Positions 46,612-55,829 of a stretch of 64,000 bases of DNA are shown piece by piece. The translations under genes and the position numbers were made by a program. The DNA comes from Candidatus Gastranaerophilales bacterium (lineage in GTDB: Bacteria > Cyanobacteriota > Vampirovibrionia > Gastranaerophilales > Gastranaerophilaceae), in assembly GCA_944325065.1 (NCBI GenBank), contig CALUYS010000001.1:35439-99438 (forward strand), read 5' to 3'. Position 1 is the stretch's first letter. The number at the start of each line of letters is the position of its first letter. The notes under the pieces are model-generated. The model saw only the letters and a program-made list of their open reading frames with translations, did not search any database and had not been told where the DNA came from.

Positions 46612-47178
46612 CTATTGCTTTCTAATTAACAATAAACCACCATCAAAATTTAATAATTCGCATTGATAATTTTCATTATTTTTAACATAATTTATAAAAT
46701 TTTCAACTTTTTTATAATGTGATGTAACATTATCGGCTATAATTATTGCATTTTCTGTAATTTTTGGCTCAAGTTTAAGAAAATAAGCCAAATATTCAGG
46801 TTTACTTGCATCAATAAATACAAAATCAAAAGTGTTATTTTCAAACTCATCAATCACACTTAACGCACTTCCTTGATGGATAGTAATTATATCAAGTAAA
46901 TTAGCTTTTTTAAAATTTTCAACTGCCAAATCTATACGCTTTTGATAAAATTCTATTGTATCAAGTTTACCACCTGTTTCAAGAAGTGCTTTTGCTATCC
47001 AAATTCCCGAATATCCATTTGAAGTGCCAATTTCAAGGACACGCTTTGCTTTTGAAATTTTTATTAAAATATTTATAAAATTAGCACTTTCATGTGGTAA
47101 GTTCCAAAATTCTTTTCTAGTTTCTTCAAGTCTATTTAAAATATCTTTTGTTTTTAAGTCGAAATTACAACCGTTCAT
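46612..47178 (-). CDS. Class I SAM-dependent O-methyltransferase (family 3, caffeoyl-CoA OMT-like)
   Basis: VLEIGTSNGYSGIWIAKAL, GKLDTIE, FDFVFIDASKPEY. Confidence 0.8.
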   Translation of the reverse strand: MNGCNFDLKTKDILNRLEETRKEFWNLPHESANFINILIKISKAKRVLEIGTSNGYSGIWIAKALLETGGKLDTIEFYQKRIDLAVENFKKANLLDIITIHQGSALSVIDEFENNTFDFVFIDASKPEYLAYFLKLEPKITENAIIIADNVTSHYKKVENFINYVKNNENYQCELLNFDGGLLLIRKQ

Positions 47179-48802
47179 TTATATTTTTCTCAACAATTAC
47201 AATATCTGATAAATTTGTATCAATTGGTACTTTTTGTATTGTTTTTTTCTTATCTAAATCAAAAATCAAATAATTTTTTTCAACAACATTTGTAATTAAT
47301 GCAATATTTGAGTTATTATTTAATCTTGTTATTTTATTACAAAACCCATTAATAGGTAACTTTATTATCATTTCTACATCTAAAGAATCAGTATTTACTA
47401 TATAAAGTTCATTTTCTTTTGCACAAAGTACATACAAAAGTTTATTATATTCAATCATATCAATAGGTTTTGGAGCAACCATAACTTCTTTTAAAAATTG
47501 TGCACGATAAAAATTTGGATCTTCTTCTTCTAAAGAAGACTTACGTTTCCTATATAACTTTATCATCCCTTCTTGATATCTTTTACTATATACTTTTTTG
47601 TGTGCATCTTTTTTTAATTTCTTCTGTTCATTTTCGTATTCTTCAACCGTTTTACCGCTTCTTATTTCATTTACAAAATGTTCTTCTTCAGTTGGTGGTT
47701 TTTTAGTTATTTTATATTTTTCAAGTAAATTTTTTGTTCTTGAAATCAAATATAAATTATCATTATCATTTATTACTATCTTTGATACATTTGAAGTATC
47801 ACAAAACTCATCAACACGATAATTCTCATCAACGGTAATACTAAATAACTTAGAAGTATTTTTATCAATGTATATAATTCTATTTCCATCACTTGAAAGT
47901 GTTAAATTTTCAGGAACACCTGTAATTTTTATTTTTTCAACAAGTGTTACATCCTTGCAATCTATTTTATATAAAGAATTTTCTTCATTTGTTGCAACAT
48001 ACGCTACATTATTTATATTATCAACAACTATTTCAGAAGGTTCAACATTAAAATCAAGTTGACGAGCAACACTTTCATCTTTTAAATCGACTATGTCAAT
48101 ATGGTCTTTGCCTCGAAGTAGAACAAATAAATACCTTTCATTATCAAATGGTTTAATACTTTTAGGCATACCATTTAAATTTAATGTATAAATAGCTTTA
48201 CTTGTCTTTGCATCAAATACACGTATTAAATTTGAACTAAAATATGTTGTCAAATATAATTTGTTATTAACACTTTTATCAATATTTGAATATTTTTTAG
48301 AAGTAATAATAAGTTTTTTTCCAATACTGACCTCAGATACCAATGGAATTACTAAATCTCCCATAATACCTTTAATATGGTCAGGTACTATTAAACCTGA
48401 AGGAACGAGCATATCTTGTGGTAAAAGACCTGTTTTTACGCTCATTGGTAAGTCTTCATAACTACACAATGTATATTTTTCATCATCAATTGGTATAACT
48501 TTAATCAATGAATAATTATTGTTAAAAACAATAACCTCAGGACGTTCTTTTAATTGTTTTTTATTAGGGTATGTATATTCTATCTTTACTTTAGTAACCT
48601 TATCACTTACGCTTGGTGTAACGGGTAAATAACGACTTCCATCAGGAAAAGTAACAAGTCCGTCAAATCTTATTTCAACATTCGGTTCTTGTTTTAACAA
48701 ATATTTTCTTAGTTTTGGTTCAAAGTTATATGCAAAAACACTATTACATATAAATAAAGATATAAATATACTTATAACTATTAATAGTTTAAATTTATTC
48801 AT
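47165..48802 (-). CDS. Secreted beta-propeller-like repeat protein (YVTN/YncE-like)
   Basis: Signal peptide, then repeated ..YV.....N.L..ID.. units (for example NNVAYVATNEENSLYKIDCKD). Overlaps the OMT gene by 14 nt. Confidence 0.5.
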   Translation of the reverse strand: MNKFKLLIVISIFISLFICNSVFAYNFEPKLRKYLLKQEPNVEIRFDGLVTFPDGSRYLPVTPSVSDKVTKVKIEYTYPNKKQLKERPEVIVFNNNYSLIKVIPIDDEKYTLCSYEDLPMSVKTGLLPQDMLVPSGLIVPDHIKGIMGDLVIPLVSEVSIGKKLIITSKKYSNIDKSVNNKLYLTTYFSSNLIRVFDAKTSKAIYTLNLNGMPKSIKPFDNERYLFVLLRGKDHIDIVDLKDESVARQLDFNVEPSEIVVDNINNVAYVATNEENSLYKIDCKDVTLVEKIKITGVPENLTLSSDGNRIIYIDKNTSKLFSITVDENYRVDEFCDTSNVSKIVINDNDNLYLISRTKNLLEKYKITKKPPTEEEHFVNEIRSGKTVEEYENEQKKLKKDAHKKVYSKRYQEGMIKLYRKRKSSLEEEDPNFYRAQFLKEVMVAPKPIDMIEYNKLLYVLCAKENELYIVNTDSLDVEMIIKLPINGFCNKITRLNNNSNIALITNVVEKNYLIFDLDKKKTIQKVPIDTNLSDIVIVEKNINERL

Positions 48803-48804
48803 AA

Positions 48805-49947
48805 TTAATCTTTACCACTACCCAATACTTGTTTAACTTTATCTATTATACTATCATTATGTATTTGTTTTTTTGATTGTAATTCATAAAGTTTAGCATA
48901 CAACTTTTTCTCTTCATCGGTAATTTGATTTGGTGTTTTTATAATAACTTGCACAAAGTGGTCTCCACGTTTATTATTGCTGCCTATAAATGGGACGCCG
49001 TGATATTTTAGGGTTAATATTTTTCCATATTGTGTTGAAGGTGGTATTTTTAAAACTTTTTCGCCATCTAGTGTTTCAACTTTAACTTCATCACCTAAAA
49101 CAGCTTGAGGCATTGTAATTTCAACTTTCGAATGAATATTATATCCGTCACGTATATATTTATCACTTTCTTCAACATATACAACTAAATATAAATCACC
49201 ATTTAACCCGCCATTGATGCCACAGTCACCTTCGCCGCTTATGCGTATCTTTGCTCCACTATCAACACCTTGAGGTATTTTTACTTTTATTATTTTTTGA
49301 GTTTCAATTCGCCCAACTCCATGGCATTTAGGACAAGGTTGTTCTATTTTTTGCCCAGTACCATTACAATGTGGGCACATAGTAACTTGTGTAAAACTAC
49401 CTAAAGCTGTTCTTGTTGTTTGCTGGATACGTCCGTGTCCTTTACAAGTTGGACAAACTATAGGCGTTGTTCCATCTTTACAGCCTGTTCCATGACATGC
49501 TTCACATTTTTCAAGATGTTCAACTTTTATTTCTTTTTCAATTCCGAAAATTGCTTCTTCAAATTTAAGTTTTATATTCATTCTTAGATCAGAGCCACGT
49601 CTTGGTGCATTAGGACTTTCATCTTCAAAACCACCCATGCCGCTAAAACCACCGCCAAAAAATGATTCAAATATATCATTTAAACCACCAAATCCAAAAT
49701 CAAACGGCCCTTGATTTGTATATCCTGAATTTTGAAGCCCATCTTCACCATATCGATCATATACGGCTCGTTTATCATCATCGATTAAGGTTTCATATGC
49801 TTTACCAAGTTCTTTAAATTTTTCCTCAGCATCAGGTGCTTTATTAACATCAGGATGCAATTGTCTAGCTTTTTTACGAAATGCTCTTTTTATTTCATCC
49901 TTTGATGCATTTTTTTCAATTTCTAATATACTATAATAATCACTCAT
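48805..49947 (-). CDS. dnaJ: Molecular chaperone DnaJ
   Basis: J domain with HPD (DYYSILEI..LHPDVN), G/F region, and four CxxCxGxG zinc-finger repeats. Confidence 0.95.
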   Translation of the reverse strand: MSDYYSILEIEKNASKDEIKRAFRKKARQLHPDVNKAPDAEEKFKELGKAYETLIDDDKRAVYDRYGEDGLQNSGYTNQGPFDFGFGGLNDIFESFFGGGFSGMGGFEDESPNAPRRGSDLRMNIKLKFEEAIFGIEKEIKVEHLEKCEACHGTGCKDGTTPIVCPTCKGHGRIQQTTRTALGSFTQVTMCPHCNGTGQKIEQPCPKCHGVGRIETQKIIKVKIPQGVDSGAKIRISGEGDCGINGGLNGDLYLVVYVEESDKYIRDGYNIHSKVEITMPQAVLGDEVKVETLDGEKVLKIPPSTQYGKILTLKYHGVPFIGSNNKRGDHFVQVIIKTPNQITDEEKKLYAKLYELQSKKQIHNDSIIDKVKQVLGSGKD

Positions 49948-49967
49948 ACTCGTTTATTCTTCCAATT

Positions 49968-50573
49968 TTAACTGTTTACGGCTACATTTACTAAAGTTGG
50001 TCTTAAAACTTTATCTTTTAATTTATATCCTTTTTGAAGTTCATTTAAAATGGTTTGATCTTCAACTTCATTATTTGGAGTTTGCATAACTGCTTCATGA
50101 AAATTAGGGTCAAATTTTTCATTTTCTGTATTTATTATCTCAAGTCCTAATTTTTTCAAATTTTCAAACACTTGATTATAAAGAACATCAAAACTTTTTA
50201 AAGCTGCTTCACAATCATTTATTCCTTCCATTGCTTTTTTTGCACGGTCAAAATTATCTAAAACTTCAATCATTTTTAATAATGCATTTTCAAGCCCCAT
50301 ATTTATTAGTTCTATTTTTTGTGCCTCCATTCTTTTGCGATAATTATCAAAATCAGCAGCTAAACGAACATACTGATTATTCAATGCTTCATACTTTTCC
50401 TTTAAATTATCATTATTACCTTCTATATTTTCATTTACTTGTTCGTTTTTAGTTTCATTATTTTCCTCAATATTTTCAATTTCATCATTTTTTTTTGTTT
50501 CTTCATGATTTATATTATCATTTTCTTTAAATGGGTTTTCACCATGATTTTGATGTTTATGTTTTTTACTCAT
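49968..50573 (-). CDS. grpE: Nucleotide exchange factor GrpE
   Basis: Acidic N-terminus, YVRLAADFDNYRKR, FDPNFHEAV, GYKLKDKVLRPTLV. Confidence 0.9.
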   Translation of the reverse strand: MSKKHKHQNHGENPFKENDNINHEETKKNDEIENIEENNETKNEQVNENIEGNNDNLKEKYEALNNQYVRLAADFDNYRKRMEAQKIELINMGLENALLKMIEVLDNFDRAKKAMEGINDCEAALKSFDVLYNQVFENLKKLGLEIINTENEKFDPNFHEAVMQTPNNEVEDQTILNELQKGYKLKDKVLRPTLVNVAVNS

Positions 50574-50671
50574 TTTTTTATATTCCTTTATATATTAATA
50601 ATCTAATTATATTATAATTTAAGAAACTTTTTACTTAAAGGTTTTTAATTTTTTTTTAACATTTATTGACA

Positions 50672-51100
50672 TTATTTTATTTGAAATGTGCATTTTGAAC
50701 AATTAGCTTTGGGGTGAAGTATTAAATTATCTTCCAAATCATACATTTTGGCTATACGAGTGTTCAAAGTACTTTTGCATTTTGGACATAAAATCTCGTT
50801 TTCATTATTTAATATTCTAAATTTTATATTCTCAATTTCTTCAAATGAAAGAGGAGTTTCAATATTAAAATCTTTTTCATATATTTTTATATCATTGGGA
50901 TTAAGTTTTAAACCTTTTGCCAATTTTTGTCTAACAGTTGAACTTAAAAACAATTCTTGACCAAGCTCAATGCTTTCAATTGTTTCTTCTGTCAAATTAC
51001 AAAGTTTGGCAAGACCAGATTTTGAAAACCCAAGCTTTTCTCTTGAATTTGATACAAATTGAGCAAGTGATATAGTTTCGTTTATTTGTTGTTTAGTCAA
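50672..51100 (-). CDS. XRE-family HTH protein with C-terminal Cys4 zinc-ribbon
   Basis: LGFSKSGLAKLCNLTEETIESIELGQ (HTH), then CPKC..(30)..CSKC. The ORF track start (51199) overlaps secF; I prefer TTG at 51100. Confidence 0.55.
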   Translation of the reverse strand: MTKQQINETISLAQFVSNSREKLGFSKSGLAKLCNLTEETIESIELGQELFLSSTVRQKLAKGLKLNPNDIKIYEKDFNIETPLSFEEIENIKFRILNNENEILCPKCKSTLNTRIAKMYDLEDNLILHPKANCSKCTFQIK

Positions 51101-51110
51101 TTTTCTAACC

Positions 51111-52091
51111 CTACTTAGTTTTAATTCTATTTTTATTAACAATATCATTATGCCATGCAAGAAGCATTCCTGCCACAAAAATGCTACTATATGTTCCAAT
51201 TATTATTCCAAGTAACATAGCTAACACAAAATCTTTTGTTGTTGTTCCTCCAAAGAAATATAATGCAAGAAGTGTTAAAACTGTTGTTAATGATGTATTT
51301 ATACTTCTTGCAAGTGTCTGGTTAACTGATGCATTTATAATATCATCATAACTTAACTTTCTTCCATAAAATTTGCAGTTTTCACGAACACGGTCAAATA
51401 CAACAATTGTATCATGGACTGAGAAACCAATAACTGTAAGTAAAGCCGTTATAAACAAACTGTCTATTTGAACATGATAAAATATACCAAGAAGTGAAAA
51501 TGCTCCAATAACAAAAATAGCATCATGCACTAGGGTATATAATGCAATAATTGCATACTTAGGTTCAAATCGTAATGAAAGATACACTGATATCCCTAAA
51601 AATGCAAGCATCATTGCTATAAAAGAATTTTTAAAAAGTTCTTTACCCAAAGTCGGTCCAATTGAACTTATCTGAACAAGTTCACCTTGTTTAAATTCAC
51701 TATTTATTATTGATTTTATATTTTCAAGTTGTTTTTGATTATGTTCATCGATAAATTTTGTTCGTATAGAAATAATATTACTTGTTTTATTTTCATTAAT
51801 GTTATTATCTTGAATAACTTGGATTATTGGATGTTGTATTCCGTTTTCTTCTAAATTACTCCTCAATTTTGAGATTTGATTATTATTTACATTTTTATCA
51901 ATTTTATACTGTAAAATTGTCCCTCCAGTAAAATCAATACCAACATTTAAAGGATAATGATTTTCATTTGTGAAAGATGAATAAACCATTGCAACAATAC
52001 CTGGAACTACTAATATAAATGATAATATAAACCATACATATCGATATTTTACAACATCTATTATTTGTTTTTGTTTTGATATATCAAACAT
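51111..52091 (-). CDS. secF: Protein translocase subunit SecF
   Basis: GIDFTGGT, HDAIFVIGAFSLLG, VHDTIVVFDRVREN. Confidence 0.9.
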   Translation of the reverse strand: MFDISKQKQIIDVVKYRYVWFILSFILVVPGIVAMVYSSFTNENHYPLNVGIDFTGGTILQYKIDKNVNNNQISKLRSNLEENGIQHPIIQVIQDNNINENKTSNIISIRTKFIDEHNQKQLENIKSIINSEFKQGELVQISSIGPTLGKELFKNSFIAMMLAFLGISVYLSLRFEPKYAIIALYTLVHDAIFVIGAFSLLGIFYHVQIDSLFITALLTVIGFSVHDTIVVFDRVRENCKFYGRKLSYDDIINASVNQTLARSINTSLTTVLTLLALYFFGGTTTKDFVLAMLLGIIIGTYSSIFVAGMLLAWHNDIVNKNRIKTK

Positions 52092-52115
52092 AATTTATTT
52101 TTCTCCTTAAAAAGT

Positions 52116-53429
52116 TTACTCGATTAATCCATATTTTGCGTTATCTTCTCCATTATTATCATTGTTATTTTTATTATTGGAAATATCACTTTCTTTTAAA
52201 CCAAACCAGAATGGATGGTTTAAATTACATTTATCAAATAAAATATGCATAAAATTACGAGTTACTGTTATAGCGGTAAACATAGAAACTATTACCCCAA
52301 TTGCAAGTGTAACTGCAAATCCTTTAACAATACTTGTTCCAAGCATATATAAAATAGCACAGGTTATTATTGTTGTCATGTTTGAATCAAATATACTTGT
52401 AAATGCCCGATCAAAACCACTATTTATTGCTGCAAAAAAGGTTTTACCAGATTTTAATTCTTCCTTTGTCCGCTCAAAAATTAAAATATTTGCATCTACA
52501 GCCATACCAACGCTTAAAATAAAACCTGCGATACCAGCTAAGGTAAGTGTAACAGGGATTGTTTTAAATAAAGAAAACAAAATAAATCCGTAAACAATCA
52601 AGGCAAAATCCGCAATCAATCCAGGTAAGCGATAATATAAAAGCATAAAGAGCATAACAAGCCCAATACCAATAATGGCGGCAAATTCACTTTTTTTAAT
52701 ACTATCAGCCCCTAAAGTTGGTCCAACTGTATTTTCTTGAATTATTTTAGCAGGAACAGGCAACGCACCTGCGTTTAATAAATCCACCATTTGTTTAGCT
52801 TCTTCATGTTTAAATCCACCCTGTCCGCCTGTTATTTGGGCATGTCCACCAATTATGGCTTCTTGAATAACAGGTGCGGATTTTAATTCTCCATTAAAAA
52901 ATATTGCCATTGGCTGACCTACAAGTTGTTGGGTAATTTCTGCGAATTTTCTTGAACCTTTATCATTAAATTCAAGCCCAACAACCCATTCACCGTTGCT
53001 TGGATTTGTTGATAAAATTGCTCTTTTTAAATCATCACCGCTTAAACCTGTTGGACTCCACTGAAATGAACCATCAAAAGATTTTATTTGCTTTTTAAAT
53101 TCAAGTTGTGCAGTTTCACCTAAAAACTCACGTGCTTTTTTAGGATCATTAATATTGGGTATCTCAACAAGAAGACGTTTTTCTCCAACTTGTTGTACAA
53201 GTGTTTCTGCTACACCCATGGCGTTAACTCTGTTTTCAATGGCAAATTGTAAACTATCCATCATGTCTTTTGTAATCGTACCAATTGTATCGCTTGTTTG
53301 GGCTTCCAAAACAATACGAGAACCACCAACTAAATCAAGCCCCAATTTTGTTGGCTTGAATATAACTGTGATTATTGATGTTACAAATATTGCAAAAATA
53401 ATCCAAAACGTTACCAAGCGTTTATTCAT
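52116..53429 (-). CDS. secD: Protein translocase subunit SecD
   Basis: LGLDLVGGSRIVLEA, GPTLGADSI, GIAGFILSVGMAVDANILIFER. I prefer the start at MNKRLVTF (53429), which avoids overlap with yajQ. Confidence 0.9.
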   Translation of the reverse strand: MNKRLVTFWIIFAIFVTSIITVIFKPTKLGLDLVGGSRIVLEAQTSDTIGTITKDMMDSLQFAIENRVNAMGVAETLVQQVGEKRLLVEIPNINDPKKAREFLGETAQLEFKKQIKSFDGSFQWSPTGLSGDDLKRAILSTNPSNGEWVVGLEFNDKGSRKFAEITQQLVGQPMAIFFNGELKSAPVIQEAIIGGHAQITGGQGGFKHEEAKQMVDLLNAGALPVPAKIIQENTVGPTLGADSIKKSEFAAIIGIGLVMLFMLLYYRLPGLIADFALIVYGFILFSLFKTIPVTLTLAGIAGFILSVGMAVDANILIFERTKEELKSGKTFFAAINSGFDRAFTSIFDSNMTTIITCAILYMLGTSIVKGFAVTLAIGVIVSMFTAITVTRNFMHILFDKCNLNHPFWFGLKESDISNNKNNNDNNGEDNAKYGLIE

Positions 53430-53448
53430 TTTTATATCCCCATTTTTA

Positions 53449-53949
53449 TTATCTGTAATTTTGAAATTGAAGTGGTATTTTATACTCATCTTCCTTTTCT
53501 CGAATTAGCTTTATTACATCCTGTAAATCATCTTTACTTTTTCCTGAAACTCGAACTTGCTCGCCCTGAATAGAACTTTGTACTTTTAATTTTGATGATT
53601 TTATATCTGCAACTATTCTTTTTGCCAACTCTTGTGTTAGACCTTTTTTTAGTTTAAATATTTGACGGACATTTCCACCTAAAGCATTTTCAATACTTTG
53701 TGGATCAAGTATCTTTATTGATAAATTTCTTTTAACCATTTTTGATTGCAAAATATCCAAAATATTTTTTAATTTTGTATCATCTTCAGTTGTTATAATG
53801 ATCTGAGTGTCACTTTCCAAAACAACATCTGATTTTGAATCTTTTAAATCAAATCGTGATAAAATTTCTTTTTTGGTTTGCTCAACTGCATTAACAAGTT
53901 CCATTTTATCAAACTCAGATACTATATCAAAACTGCAATCTTTTGCCAT
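53449..53949 (-). CDS. yajQ: YajQ family nucleotide-binding protein (UPF0234)
   Basis: SFDIVSEFDKMELVNAVEQTKKEILSRFDLKDS and a C-terminal LQFQNYR-type ending. Confidence 0.8.
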   Translation of the reverse strand: MAKDCSFDIVSEFDKMELVNAVEQTKKEILSRFDLKDSKSDVVLESDTQIIITTEDDTKLKNILDILQSKMVKRNLSIKILDPQSIENALGGNVRQIFKLKKGLTQELAKRIVADIKSSKLKVQSSIQGEQVRVSGKSKDDLQDVIKLIREKEDEYKIPLQFQNYR

Positions 53950-54033
53950 AATTGTTCTTGTCTCCTCTTTACCCTTTTTAATTATAATATTTAAAAAAAT
54001 TATAACAGAATTATAATATTTATAGCAAATATT

Positions 54034-55413
54034 TTACATATTATTTTTTATATTTGACAAATCAATTGCTATATTTGGTTTGTTTTTTAATGCATCTTTT
54101 ATTTTTTCATAGGAATACATAATTGTTGTATGTTTTTTATTCAATACTTTTGCTATATGAGAAAAACTATCTCCATTTAATTCTCGACATAAATAAATTA
54201 CAAGCTGCCTAGCTAGAGATATTTTATTACTTCGCATACTTGATTGAATATCAGATGGTTTTAAATCATAATATGAAGATACTTTTTCAATAATATCTTC
54301 AATACTAAGCTTTCTATCTGTTTGTTTTAAATTTAAGATTTTATTTGCAAGTTCTTCGGTTAATACAACATTATTAATTTGACAATAAGCATTTAATCGA
54401 ATAAACGCTCCCTCAAGTTCTCGAATGTTTTTATTGTATGTTTTAGCAAGAAGAAAAATAACATTATTTGAAAATTTTACTTCTGTATTAAGGCATAATT
54501 TTGAAACAATTGCAGCTCTGGTTTCAAGATCTGGCACTTGAATATCTGCCATTAAACCCCATTCAAAACGACTTTTTAATCTATCGGATAAATTAGGTAT
54601 GGCATTTGGGGGTCTATCAGAAGTTAAAACTATTTGTTTACCAGCATTATATAATGTTTCAAATGTGTTAAAAATTTCAATTTCAGTTCGTTCTTTTCCT
54701 TCTATAAATTGTATGTCATCAATTAATAGAACATCTACACTTCTATATTTTTGACGAAAAGAATTCATTTTGTCATTTTTTCCACTATCTTTAAATACAG
54801 AATTAATATAATCGTTTATAAAATCCTCAGTTTTAATATATTTTACTTTTAATTTTGGATGTTTATGCAATACATAGTGTCCTATTGCTTGCATCAAATG
54901 GGTTTTACCAAGTCCTACACCACCATAAATAAATAAAGGATTATAACTTTTGCCTGGATGTTCAGCTACACTTTGTGAAGCAACATAAGCTAGTTTGGAA
55001 TTATCTCCAACAACAAAATTGTCAAAATTATATTTTAAATTCAAATTTGCACTTGATTGCATTTGTTTCAATGCTTCATATTTATCTTCATCAGTGCTAT
55101 CTTTTGTTATTGGTTTTAATTGTGTTTTAGTTTTTCTTTTGGAAAGTTGTTTTCGGATATTATCATCATAAATAATGTTAAACTCAATTTCTTTACCCAA
55201 TTCTTTTGAAATAGCATTTTTTATTATATCATAATAATTTTTGTTTAAAATTTGTATAGCAAGATTGTGTCCTGACAATATATTAAATCCATTTTCATCA
55301 TACGATTGTGGAACTAATGGTAAAATCCAAGGTTCAAAAGTTGATGATGGAATATCTTTTTCCAAAGTTTTTAATATATTTATCCAACATTTATTTATAT
55401 CAAATTCTTCCAT
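54034..55413 (-). CDS. dnaA: Chromosomal replication initiator DnaA
   Basis: Walker A (NPLFIYGGVGLGKTHL), LLIDDIQF, SDRPP, and the C-terminal DNA-binding region (ARQLVIYLCREL..S...IAK.LN.KHTTIMYS). Confidence 0.95.
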   Translation of the reverse strand: MEEFDINKCWINILKTLEKDIPSSTFEPWILPLVPQSYDENGFNILSGHNLAIQILNKNYYDIIKNAISKELGKEIEFNIIYDDNIRKQLSKRKTKTQLKPITKDSTDEDKYEALKQMQSSANLNLKYNFDNFVVGDNSKLAYVASQSVAEHPGKSYNPLFIYGGVGLGKTHLMQAIGHYVLHKHPKLKVKYIKTEDFINDYINSVFKDSGKNDKMNSFRQKYRSVDVLLIDDIQFIEGKERTEIEIFNTFETLYNAGKQIVLTSDRPPNAIPNLSDRLKSRFEWGLMADIQVPDLETRAAIVSKLCLNTEVKFSNNVIFLLAKTYNKNIRELEGAFIRLNAYCQINNVVLTEELANKILNLKQTDRKLSIEDIIEKVSSYYDLKPSDIQSSMRSNKISLARQLVIYLCRELNGDSFSHIAKVLNKKHTTIMYSYEKIKDALKNKPNIAIDLSNIKNNM

Positions 55414-55463
55414 ATATTTATTTTATTATAAACATGTTTTGGATAATATATTTTATTTATTTT

Positions 55464-55829
55464 TTATTGTGTAATTTTAATTTTAAAATTTTGTATTTTT
55501 TCACCTAGTACAAGTTTTTTCTTATTCTGCATAGTATTTTTTATAGCAAAAATCCAACCTGTTTTTGGATTGACGAATAACAAAAATCCTGCTTCACTTT
55601 CAATAAGTTTTTGAAGATTGTCAATCTGAAGCTCACCTTTATCCGAAAGTTCAAATAAAGTAAAAGAAAGCGGATTTGTAATTTGACTGTCAATGTAACA
55701 ATCAAATTTACTATTTCTCAATTTTGTTGTATCACGAATAATTGGTGTACCTTGATATGTTGTAATATTTTGATATAAAAAAGTTATTAAATCATCTAAA
55801 TTATAATTTTGTTTATTATTGTTGTTCAT
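55464..55829 (-). CDS. Hypothetical protein
   Basis: 121 aa. Its start overlaps the 3' end of the GGDEF/HD-GYP gene by 14 nt, consistent with coupling. No motif recognised. Confidence 0.5.
   Translation of the reverse strand: MNNNNKQNYNLDDLITFLYQNITTYQGTPIIRDTTKLRNSKFDCYIDSQITNPLSFTLFELSDKGELQIDNLQKLIESEAGFLLFVNPKTGWIFAIKNTMQNKKKLVLGEKIQNFKIKITQ

Noticed and set aside
52162-53508. 143 aa and 117 aa plus-strand ORFs within secD. The same applies to 44943-45369 within ilvC and 58152-58565 within bioD.
   Set aside because: They are antisense to genes with unambiguous family signatures, so I read them as shadow ORFs.
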